From assembly GCF_001194135.2 (NCBI RefSeq), contig NC_068982.1, positions 122,344,816-122,408,815 of the forward strand: DNA of 64,000 bases, in the 5' to 3' direction. The position numbers and the translations under genes were made by a program. Below the pieces are notes generated by a model. That model searched no databases. It was not told the DNA's origin and saw only the letters and a program-made list of their open reading frames with translations. The DNA is from Octopus bimaculoides (Eukaryota). Positions 13,518 to 24,075 of this stretch are shown one piece after another; position 1 is the stretch's first letter; every line of letters starts with the position of its first letter.

Positions 13518-14385
13518 TACGTTGTCTGATCAATAAGCATCCAGACTGTTGCTATAGTAACGAAGCTAAAGCATGGAGAGTGAAGTTACTTGGCACAGAT
13601 TGACCTTTAACGCTGCTGTACATGCACACTAAGTTTTAACGTTCTAGCTCACTTATGCTGTTTACAACAGTGCTTGGAAGGAAGGTGTGTAGCGTGTGAT
13701 CATCGCATTGACAATGACAGAAAATTGAGCAGAGAATCTGCAACAAATTTTGCCAAAAGCTTGGCGATACCTGCCCAGAAGCCTATGCAAAGTTTTCAAA
13801 AAATTAAGGAGATCTTGTGCAACTGAAACCCAAATGTTGTTTTGGTCAGCTGAAAGCAGTTTTGGCACAAACTTGGCAGACATGCATCTCATACACAAAT
13901 CTTCAATGATAATGGACTGAACTGAACTGTAACTAATCCTCTGATAACTCATGGATGGTGATTCAATGATTTCTCATCACAGCTGCATGCACATCTGCTA
14001 TGTTTTTCTCAGTTCTGCTGGTTGCAGGTCTCCAAGAATGTTCATCAATATTGACATTTTTTCGGCCATTTTGGAAACGTTTGAACCACTTGTACACTTG
14101 TGTACAGCTCATACACACTTCTCCATACACTTTCTGCAATGTTGTATAGGCCTCTGGGCAGGTATTGCCATAACAACTTTCTCTGTCATGGTCAATGTGA
14201 CGATCACACACAACACACCTTCCTTCCAAGCACTGCAGTAAACAGCAAAAGTGAGCTAGAACATTAAAACTTAGTGCGTATGCATTGCAGAGCTCAAGGC
14301 CAATCTTTGTCAAGTGGCTGCACTCTGCATACTTTAGCTTTGTTACTATAGTAACAGTCTTGGTACTTATTGATCAGCACTTGTA
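13518..14385. mobile_element. Mariner-derived fold-back element: two mariner 5' ends joined head-to-head
   Basis: TA-flanked termini (ta)cgttgtctgatcaataag and cttattgatcagcacttg(ta). About 270-nt arms are diverged inverted copies. The minus arm encodes a mariner N-terminal HTH (CPEAYTTLQKVYGEVCMSCTQVYKWFKRFQNGRKNVNIDEHSWRP...SAKFVPKLLSADQ). Confidence 0.85.
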
Positions 14386-15187
14386 TTTAACATCATTGCT
14401 GGAATAATCACGAAGTTTAATGTTGAAGCTAAAAGGTTTTATACACAAGTCTATCTTTTGTTGAGATAGACTGATTGAATCATTACAGGACAGGACAAAA
14501 TGCATCACTGTATTAGTTGCAGTTCTTTATGTTCTGAGTTCAAATATTACAGAGATCAGCTTTATCTGTCATCATTTTTAGGGTTGATAAGATACAGTAA
14601 CAGTCAGGTACCACAACCGATTTAATAAACTAACCTCCATTCATGTAAATGTGCCTATGTTAGAAACAGTCATGTTAGAATCAGTCATTATAACATACTT
14701 TAATTATTACGATCAAGAAGAGATCCATTGGTTGTTGATTGATAACGTTGTTAGAGCACTAGACAAATACTTTGATGCTGGTAATTTTTCTGGTTCTTAG
14801 TGTTCTGAAGTGGTGGTGATATAATGACTGATGTTTCCCACCAAATTTCTAGTCTTGTACCTATGTGAGAAATAATTATTATTATCATTAAGGCAACAAG
14901 CTAGGCAGAATTGTTACTGTGTTGGCATTTCTTCTGATTCATTACATTTAGAGTTCATTCCACTTTGGTCAACTTTGCCTTTCATCCTTTAGTGGTTGAT
15001 AAAATAAGTACCAGTTGAGCACTGGGGTTGATATAATTGTGTTGCCATGCCATCCCAACAGTTGGCCTTGTGTCAAAATTAAAAATCAATATTATTATTA
15101 CTGGGAAGGGTGGCAATCTGGCAGAATTATTAGTCTGTTGAACAAAATGCTTAGTGATATTTCTTCCAGTGTTTTACATTCTGAGTT

Positions 15188-15452
15188 TGTAGTAACGCCT
15201 TGTCTCGTGCGCATGCGTAGTCATCAATATCCAAGTTTGGCGCCCTGATTCTTTCTCTTTTCTCGCCGGCCAGCGACGATGGCAGACGTCCAACAGCGGA
15301 GCTCTCTAACATGTCAGCACCAGAGCTTCACAAATAACTGCTGCCTATTTTCACCATAAATAAATATTGTTGTGTTGATAGTTCGGAGTTCTGCGTTACG
15401 TTGTTATTTAGAATTTAATATAGGAAAGCAGGTGTACACCTAATGGTGTATA
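15188..15452 (+). mobile_element. LTR-like GC-richer insertion truncating a SINE; right end lost in the gap
   Basis: Begins TGTAGTAAC exactly inside a SINE B-box (ctgagtt|tgt). CpG-rich, contains aataaa, runs into Ns. Confidence 0.35.
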
Positions 15453-17493
15453 NNNNNNNNNNNNNNNNNNNNNNNNNNNNNNNNNNNNNNNNNNNNNNNN
15501 NNNNNNNNNNNNNNNNNNNNNNNNNNNNNNNNNNNNNNNNNNNNNNNNNNNNNNNNNNNNNNNNNNNNNNNNNNNNNNNNNNNNNNNNNNNNNNNNNNNN
15601 NNNNNNNNNNNNNNNNNNNNNNNNNNNNNNNNNNNNNNNNNNNNNNNNNNNNNNNNNNNNNNNNNNNNNNNNNNNNNNNNNNNNNNNNNNNNNNNNNNNN
15701 NNNNNNNNNNNNNNNNNNNNNNNNNNNNNNNNNNNNNNNNNNNNNNNNNNNNNNNNNNNNNNNNNNNNNNNNNNNNNNNNNNNNNNNNNNNNNNNNNNNN
15801 NNNNNNNNNNNNNNNNNNNNNNNNNNNNNNNNNNNNNNNNNNNNNNNNNNNNNNNNNNNNNNNNNNNNNNNNNNNNNNNNNNNNNNNNNNNNNNNNNNNN
15901 NNNNNNNNNNNNNNNNNNNNNNNNNNNNNNNNNNNNNNNNNNNNNNNNNNNNNNNNNNNNNNNNNNNNNNNNNNNNNNNNNNNNNNNNNNNNNNNNNNNN
16001 NNNNNNNNNNNNNNNNNNNNNNNNNNNNNNNNNNNNNNNNNNNNNNNNNNNNNNNNNNNNNNNNNNNNNNNNNNNNNNNNNNNNNNNNNNNNNNNNNNNN
16101 NNNNNNNNNNNNNNNNNNNNNNNNNNNNNNTGTGTAACTCTTATACGAACTGGATTTTTTTCTCTACAGACACTTTTACTATGTTCTGTGTTTTTTCTCT
16201 CTCACACACACACTTGTGCACTCATATATTTTCTTTCCTTTCAGAAACATTGCATGCATGTATCTCACAAGTGTACATTCATTTCTTTGATTTTTCTTTG
16301 TGTGTGTTTGTGCCACATCTTGTGGGTGGTTTTCAGTAGCCATCCTGCCTCAGGCGTTCCTCCAATTTTCTATTTTCGTGCGTTCCGCACTGGCAGGGTA
16401 GCTGGCAGAATTGTTAGCACATCAGATAAAATGGTTAGCGACATTTCATCTGTTGTTATGTTCTAAGTTCAAATTCCATTGACATCAACTTTCTAACATC
16501 CTTTTGGGGTTGATAAATTAAATAGCAGTCAAGCACTGGGTTAGGGTTGATACAAATGACTAAACTTCTCCTCTGAAATTTCAGGCCTTGTACCTATAGT
16601 AGAAAGATTTATTATAGAGAAGGGTGGTGAGCTGGCAGAATCATTAGAATGTCAGAAAAAGTACTTTGTGGTTGTCGTTCTAGATCTCCATGTTCTGATT
16701 TCAAATCCTGCAAATGTCAACTTTGTTTTTCATCACTCCAGGGTCAATAAGACAAAAGTACCAGTCATGTACTGGGGTAGATGGTATTGAGTTACTTCAT
16801 CCTTTGAAACCGATGGCTTTGTTCCTTTACTAGAGACCATTATTATTACTATGGACACTTGTGAAGGCAGTGAGCTGGCAGAACTGTTACTGCACCAGAC
16901 AAAATGCTTAGTGGCATTTCTTCTGACTTTATGTTCTGAGTTCAAATGCTGTCAAGGTTGACTTTGCTTGTCATCCCTTCGGGGGCAATGAAATAGGTAC
17001 CAGTTCAATACTGGGATTAATGATATTGACTTACTCCTTTCCCTAAAATTGCTGGCCTTGTACCAAAATTTGAAACCATTATTATGGACATTGGTGAACA
17101 GGAAAAATCTTCAGTGCATTGGCCAAAACACCTTGCACTAATTATTCTGGTTCCTTATGTTCTGAGTTCAAATCCCACTGAAGTCATCATTGCCTTTTAT
17201 CCTAGAATTCAGAAAATAATGCATCAGTTGCTTCGCCATTCAAAAAGAGAAAAACCTCTCTGGCCTTGTGCCTATGTAAGAATTTAGTATTTTAAAACAG
17301 GAACAAAATATCAACTTCTTGGTTGAAAAGTATTCAGAACTGAGGTCATATCCTGTTATCCCTATCTTCTGCTCATGTTTTAGTCAATTGGTAGTGTTCA
17401 AACCAGGAAATTACTATCTATGTACATAGTTACCCTTCTCAATGTAATTGATAACTTTGTCCTCTTAAAATGCAGACTGTATGTTTTAATGTA

Positions 17494-18686
17494 CAGTAAT
17501 CCCTTGACTATCGCAGGTGTTATGTTCCAAAGCCCTCTGCAATAGGTGAAAATCCCTGAAGTAGAATTTTTTTTACTATTTTTATAATTTACTCTTTATT
17601 CTTTTACTTGTTTCAGTCATTTGACTGCGACCATGCTGGAGCACCGCCTTTAGTCGAGAATATCGACCCCAGGACTTATTCTTTGTAAGCCTAGTACTTA
17701 TTTTATCGGTCTCTTTTTGCCGAACCGCTAAGTTACGGGGACGTAAACACACCAGCATCAGTTATCAAGCAATGGTGGGGGGACAAACACATATATATAT
17801 ATATATATATACATATATACGACAGGCTTCTTTCAGTTTCCGTCTACCAAATCCACTCACAAGGCTTTGGTTGGCCCAAGGCTATAGTAGAAGACACTTG
17901 CCCAAGGAGCCACGCAGTGTATGTATATCTATTTTATTATTTTTATATATTTAAGCTTTTATAAACTCTTCCCACACTCTTAGGAGTACCCGTGTCTTCT
18001 CTTTTTTGTGGGTGAGGAATATAGTGATGGGCAGTTGCTGCCTTTTCTCGTGTAAGGAGGTTTTCATAAACTTCCATGGCTTCGTTGATTGCATTTCTGA
18101 ATTGCAATGCATGAATTATGAGGGAGTCCCAATCTTCTGCCATTCTCTGAAGTTCTTTTGGTGGCCTACATCTGCATGCCTTCTCCCTTCCTTAAGCATG
18201 TCGAGGAGACTCACCTTCTTTGCTATAGTAAGCATCTTCCACTCACACTTAGGTCCACTGCCAGAAGCCTTAGAAGATGCAGAACATTTAGGTGACATCG
18301 TAGGACTTGATTCACAATTTTACATACAAATGTAAAACACCACCACGCACTCACCTCCAGAGTTTCACTTTCCATACAGTATGTGCGATTCTTTGTTTAC
18401 TCATCTACAGTACACTACGTATTTTCTTTTAATATATTTTAATTTTAATTAATGTGTTATACAGTGCAGTACTGTACAGTATTTTTATTTATTAAACTTT
18501 TAGGTGTGAAAATGCTTATTTTACCACAGAAATAATTAAACTCTAAAAAAAATATAAATACTTATCGGCTGCAGAAACCTGTGATATACTGAGGAGTCCG
18601 CGATATAAATTTACATATATAACTGGAAAAATCTGTGACGTACTGAGGGCGCAATAGGTGAACCACGGTAGGGCAAGTAATTACTG
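17494..18686 (-). mobile_element. Tigger/pogo-like non-autonomous DNA transposon with a nested SINE
   Basis: TA|cagtaat... and ...attactg|TA termini. Minus-strand ORF KMLTIAKKVSLLDMLKEGRRHADVG resembles the N-terminal helix-turn-helix of Tigger transposases. Confidence 0.8.
17590..17910 (-). mobile_element. CORE-type tRNA-derived SINE (5'-truncated) nested in the Tigger element
   Basis: Reverse complement of the 49131-49493 SINE (cactgcgtgg...ttgggcaagtgtcttctactatagcc...ggaaactgaaagaagcc...gactgaaacaagtaaaaga). Confidence 0.85.
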
Positions 18687-18879
18687 TATACATATTTTAG
18701 GCAGTGTTCTTCACCCTGAAGGTAAATGATTAGAACTACAATGTTGACTAGACAATGGTGTGATGAGTGAAACACCAGTAGATATGGTATGATAGAAATA
18801 CTGAACTAGGATATTGAATTGGTGTCATAAGTCAATACAACTAGATAACCAAAACTATTTAAAAATAACAACAATGAGC

Positions 18880-19070
18880 TTACCATATCACCACTTGACC
18901 TGCTAGAAATTGCACCCAACTGTCTTTAAAAAAATAGAAAGAAAAGGAGATACTGAAGAAGGCAGTTCTAGATACTCTATATCTCAATAAAAGATAGGAT
19001 GGTCACAGCTCGAAGGCTCTTGATTTCACGATAAGTCTGTTTGAATAAGATTAATCTATGCTAAACAAAA
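18880..19070 (+). repeat. Dispersed (AAC)n-tailed SINE-like family; other copies at about 23200-23440, 31070-31325, 37480-37625 and 63545-63640 (+), and 900-1080, 6540-6620, 19130-19480 and 29340-29420 (-)
   Basis: Shared motifs cca.t.(g/a)acct(g/a)ctagaaat.gca.ccaa ... gatgggatggtca..gctggaa ... ggg(g)ctaaacaacaa. Confidence 0.55.
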
Positions 19071-20559
19071 TGTTGGGTAGAGGATTGTGGTGGTGAGAAT
19101 AGAGCACAAAACTATATGGAAATTAGCATTTAGTTGTTGTTTAGTCCTATATCAGCTTTGATATATCAAAGGTTTTCATCCACAACATTCCCGTTGCACT
19201 TTCGATTATATCATCCAATATGTTCTTCCTCTTTGTAATCTGAGAGAGATTTGGTTGTTATTTCTAGCAGGTCAAGTGAAGACATAGCTCTCTCTCATTG
19301 GGATGTTTTAGATTTGTGTTCATCAACTCTGATCAAGCGGACTCATGATCGAAAGCACTGCAGTCATGATCATCCTGTTTTTTTAGGAAAATCTCTTGAA
19401 CCACATTATCTAAGGTGTTCTTCCTTCTTTCTTAAAGTGTGATTTAATCAGCTATTTTTTGCAGGTCAAGTAGCTATGTACAAGCTTCCATGCTGACTTT
19501 ATGTTGAGATTAAACTCTACTCTATTTTGACATGGGTTTTACACCACTCCCTTTAAGATTAAATTCCTGTACAACATTCAATGACAGTTCTTGTTGTATT
19601 TTAAGCTAGTTTAGACATTTAACTTTGAAGGAAAAAAAAAAAACAGTACTTTGCTAAACACTTGTGCCACACCCAAAAGCTGATGGAATCAAGAGACAAT
19701 AGCTCATTGTTTGTCCACTCATGTATTTTCCATTCCCCTTACCACCACTATGATAATGGCATTCAATGAGGAAGCCTCTACATGGTCACTTGACCTACTA
19801 AAAGCAGCAATGAAACCTCCCTATCATACTATCCCATCTTAAAAAAGTAGAAGATACACTTATCATCATTTAACATCTGTTTTCCATACTGGCCTTTGGT
19901 TGGATGGTTTGACAGGATCTGGTGAACCACAGGGCTGCATCATGCTCCATGTTAGCTATGGTGCAGTTTCTATGGCTGAATGCCTTTTCTAATACCAACC
20001 AGTTTACAGTGTTTACTGGGTACTTTTTCATGCCACCAGCACTAGCAAGGTTGCCATGTAACTTGTACAAGAAATAACAAGAAAAGGGATCATAAATTGA
20101 TAGTGCAAGGTGACAATGATAAAGGTAGACCAAAGAACTGATAAGATCAGATATACCTTATAGAGAAATTCATGCAATGTGTAAACGAATAGAGATATAC
20201 AGTGACATCAAACCAGCCAACCCATACCAGCACTGACAAATGGACGTTAAAGTGATAGTGAAGATTATATCAACTACATCCTGTCACTGTACCTAACCCT
20301 CTAGACCTATATTACAAACTTTGTTCAATCCACTTTATACAGAACAAGAAAAGTTTATAAAGCTTGGTTCTTGCTCAAGAATAGTTTCAAGCCTGTCTCT
20401 TAAAGATCTTTTCAAGCTTTCATTCCAATCTACACAAACAGTTATCCTAGACTATATATCAAAAGAAAGATCACTCAACAGATTGATATGAAGTTCCTCC
20501 CCATGACACTAACCTCTGATGTAGACATGCTGTCTCTTCTACTACTACTATAGTGGCCT

Positions 20560-20810
20560 CTGGTTATGTGTCACCTCCATTTAAGTACTTCTAACTCACT
20601 TCTCCCTGGCTTACTCATAACTTCCCCACTTCCCCAAGCCATTGTGCTTGCCCATCCATTCCTCTTTAGAACATTGCCATACTTCCACCTTGGAATTCTC
20701 TCACTGCGTAGATTTTGCCTGCAGCTGTCAACTTTTTACAGTTCAAATGAACGTTAGTAACATCAAACCCAATGGCCTCAGCCAGCCTACCAAAGGTCAT
20801 GACCACAGCC
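20560..20810 (+). mobile_element. CR1/L2-like LINE 3' fragment
   Basis: Frameshifted HPFLFRT / PWNSLTA*ILPAAVNFLQFK matches the ORF2-end motif SFF.RT...WNSLP......SL..FK. Confidence 0.5.
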
Positions 20811-20946
20811 CATTCCTATGTAAAAAGAAAAAAAGGACCAAAAGAAAAAAATAACAAATAGTTAAAAGAAATGGAAAGAGAGAAAACAATACATTCTTTA
20901 AAAAAGTAAAATGAAATACAGCAAATGGTCGGATAATTTTTTAATC

Positions 20947-20952
20947 TTTATT
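20947..20952 (-). promoter_or_regulatory. Possible AATAAA polyadenylation signal of the CLIC gene
   Basis: tttatt on + (AATAAA on -) about 660 nt downstream of the CLIC stop. AT-rich background makes chance occurrence likely. Confidence 0.2.
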
Positions 20953-21613
20953 TCTTTACAAATCAAACATAGAATTCCACCAAGATATTACATGAAATCA
21001 TAAGGAAGCCAAAAGATATGATACAGCCATAATATAACTAAGGCATAGCAGTTTTTTCTATATTTCTTTCAATGTATGCTATGGCTTCTCTTGATTTAGA
21101 AACAATATACTAAATAAACTAGAAATTATAAAAAAATAAAATTATGTTAGTGTCATCTTTCACCTCATTTTTGTTATTTCTAATTTTAAAATTTTGTTTT
21201 TCAATTTTTTCTCGAAGAATTGAAACAAAAATACAAAATAAAAATTATAGGACATAAATCAACAGCATTAACTAGTTTAATTTTTACAGAAGAGATTGAC
21301 CTCAAATATATATATTGGTGTGCGTGAGAATATGTATGTATAGGTGAATAATCATTCTTACAAAGTGAGCACGGGGCATAACCCGCTATTAGATACAATA
21401 GCTCAAAGGTAAGACAGAGTGTCAGTTGCTATTTTATCCATAAGAAGTAGGATAAAAAATAAAAAAGAAAGCTATACAACTCTATTCTTCTCTTTAACTT
21501 GATTTAATCATTAAATGAAAAAAAAAATTCAATAAGAAAATCTGTAAATATATAAATAACAATAATTAAAAATTAAACAAAAAAATCCATCAAATAGTGA
21601 AGAATGGCTTCCA

Positions 21614-22099
21614 TTAGTCAGCTGGATTCTCATCATTGTCATTATGGTTTGAGTTGCCCAAATCAGATGTTACAATTACTGTATCTGGAGTATCTTCATA
21701 AACCTCATGCACGATAACCTCAGTTGTATTATCACTAACAACATTCACTTCACCTGTGTCATCACTGAAATCAACAGCTCCATTGCCATTTTCAACAGAA
21801 ATGTTTGAGGTCATCTCTGACAATTCCTTGACTTTATTTACCTCTTCCTGTGCATCTATGTCATCTAGTTCTTCCGTTTCTGATTTTATGTCCAATACAA
21901 TATCATTTGGGATTGTAAGTGTCGTTGTCTCTTTCATAAGACTAGCTTCTCTCCCTCGGAAAGCAACTTTTTTCTGATAATGACTGATAATGACCGGATC
22001 TGTTGGACAGGTATTATAGAAGGCCTCAGCATTGTAACCATTTTGAAGATATCTCCACAAATAAACCAAGCTGCGTGGGATATCATAATTTTTCAGTAT
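21614..22099 (-). CDS. CLIC: CLIC terminal coding exon with stop codon; 161 aa including an acidic C-terminal extension
   Basis: Acceptor ctctctttgcag|ATA at 22099. Translates ILKNYDIPRSLVYLWRYLQNGYNAEAFYNTCPTDPVIISHY, matching the CLIC C-terminal consensus DIP..L..LWRY...Y...AF..(S/T)CP.D..I..HY, then an open D/E-rich tail to the stop at 21614. Confidence 0.95.
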   Translation of the reverse strand: MLKNYDIPRSLVYLWRYLQNGYNAEAFYNTCPTDPVIISHYQKKVAFRGREASLMKETTTLTIPNDIVLDIKSETEELDDIDAQEEVNKVKELSEMTSNISVENGNGAVDFSDDTGEVNVVSDNTTEVIVHEVYEDTPDTVIVTSDLGNSNHNDNDENPAD

Positions 22100-22329
22100 C
22101 TGCAAAGAGAGATTTTCATTGATGATAAAATGAAAACAACATCAAATTAAATTCAAGCAAAAAGGTTAATAGGTTAATAGCTAGAACCTGTTTTTAGTCC
22201 GATATGTTCCTTCCAAGTAATCTTAGCTCTAAATAATAAAAAAATGAAGGTCTTTCTAAAAGTGTTAACTACTTTTTATAAAACACAAGCTATATTAATA
22301 TAGTTGCATTACTTGTAAGATTTATTTAT

Positions 22330-22610
22330 TATTTTTTTTGTTAAATTTTTGGAAGACATGATGCAGAACATATATCTGAATATCTTCCAACTGTTACTGG
22401 ACAGATTTTATGGGCAAAACCAATTGGTAGGAGCAGTCTGCAAACAAGATAGTTGGATAACGTCCATGAGCTGAGTTGGTCTCACTTGGGGATCCATCTG
22501 GATCAATTGCAAATGGCTGCTTCTGACAGAATCTTATGGAAGATGTGCTTGAGGACTCTTGCCCCCCCTAATCCTCCCAGGAATAAGTGGGTGAAGAAGA
22601 TGAAATGAGA
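22330..22610 (+). mobile_element. LINE (RTE-like) 3' fragment in a CLIC intron
   Basis: KPIGRSSLQTR*LDNVHELSWSHLGI..DQLQMAASDRILWK resembles the RTE end RP.GRP..RWLD.I...LGI.......A.DR..WR. Confidence 0.5.
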
Positions 22611-23769
22611 TCTTATAACTATGTTTGTGCATAGATTAATGCTTTTTTCTTTTTAGAATTTAGAATGCACATAGATACTTTCTGAAAGGGAAGGATATCA
22701 TCAACTGGATTAACTCAGATATATTGTAATGATATATCAATTCCAGAGCTTTAATAATCAATGTTATTTCTATCTCGTAAGAAGTGAAATCAGAATAAGG
22801 TATGAATCTAAATGCATAAAACCCTCCAGTCAGTGATATCCTTGTGTTCCAAACTATTTTTTTGTGTTAAAAGAAATGGACATTACTAAGGTAATCTCAG
22901 TGGAGAAACAACATTGGTAACAGCTGCTTCTTTGCAGCACAAACAGCAAATCACTCCAGAGTCATAATCCTAAATTGCCATGACAATGTAACATCCTGTT
23001 AGCTATTCACGCTTTTGTTTTTAAGCAATATTTTCTTTTGTACTTGTTCTTTTTATTGATATATAAAACGAGTTAATGTAAAGAAAAGGGACTTCGTATA
23101 ACCTTGAGAAGAAAAAGCTCTACATCAATTATGTCACTTTTACTGCACCTCCCCTTCCTTAGATTCCTAATTAAATGCATGGCCCAATCTATCCTCCCTA
23201 GAACTATATCTCATAGAGAAGCTCTGTGTAACTACTCAATCTGCAAATAATAGTAGCTAAAATTTCCTCAAATCACAAACTGATGACACACAAAAAAAAA
23301 AANNNNNNNNNNTCAAAAAAAAAAAAACACTTCAGCTCATGTAGTTCTGGATATAAAGAAAGATGGGATGGTATTGGGTGGACCACATTTGATCACACGC
23401 CTACTTCATCAGGGCTGACCACACAACAATATCTCTCTAGATTGCCTTCCCTTATATACTTTTCCCCATGCAATTAGTATCCTGCAACAGCTTAAAAATA
23501 AGTTTTATTTATGCTGTAATCCTTAATTCCCAAGTTGGAAGAACCTCAACATATTAAGGACTCTGTAACTACCCCTTCCAAGATTAAATAATACTCTATG
23601 AAACCAGGAAAATTCTTTGTAAGCCAACTAAAACTAAAGACTTCTATGGCAGAAGGCTACAAATTTCTAGAAGAGAGAGATGGGACTGTGTTAAGTTCAT
23701 GTTGGACATGGCTGTGTTAGGGACTTCTCAACCACGAGATTCTGGACTCAATCCCAGTGTAGCAGCACA

Positions 23770-24075
23770 TTCATCATCATCATCACTTAATGTCTGCTAT
23801 CCTTGCTGACATAGATTAAACAGTTTGACTGGAACTGGTAAGCCAGAGGGCTGCACCAGGTTTCAGTCTGATTTGGTATGATTTCTATGGCTGGATACCC
23901 TTCCTTACACTAACCACTTTGAGAATGTAATGGGTGCTTTTTAACTTGCCACTAGTATAGATGTCAGTAATGGCCACGATTATGATTTCACAGGTGCCAT
24001 TTACATGACACTGGCAACAGCTACAACTATGATTTTACTTCACATGACAAGTGTTCTCAAGCACAGTATATTGAC
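23770..24075 (-). repeat. Diverged RTE 3'-end repeat
   Basis: catcatcatcatcacttaatgtc...ctggataccccttccttacactaacc. Confidence 0.7.

Larger units (their letters stand above)
12605..17285 (+). repeat. Head-to-tail array of about 10 diverged tRNA-derived Nin/Deu-type SINE copies, interrupted by mariner, an LTR-like insert and a gap
   Basis: Recurring unit gg(t/c)g(g/a)gctggcagaa...gttctgagttcaaat...tttcatccttt.ggggttgataaa..aagtaccagt...ggccttgt...(att)n, starting near 12605, 12975, 14460, 14720, 14890, 15105, 16390, 16620, 16863 and 17090. All are on +. Confidence 0.8.

Noticed and set aside
16390-17285. CRISPR-like or tRNA-gene array
   Set aside because: The units are about 230-nt diverged SINEs without unique spacers or cloverleaf structure, the context is eukaryotic, and there are no cas genes.
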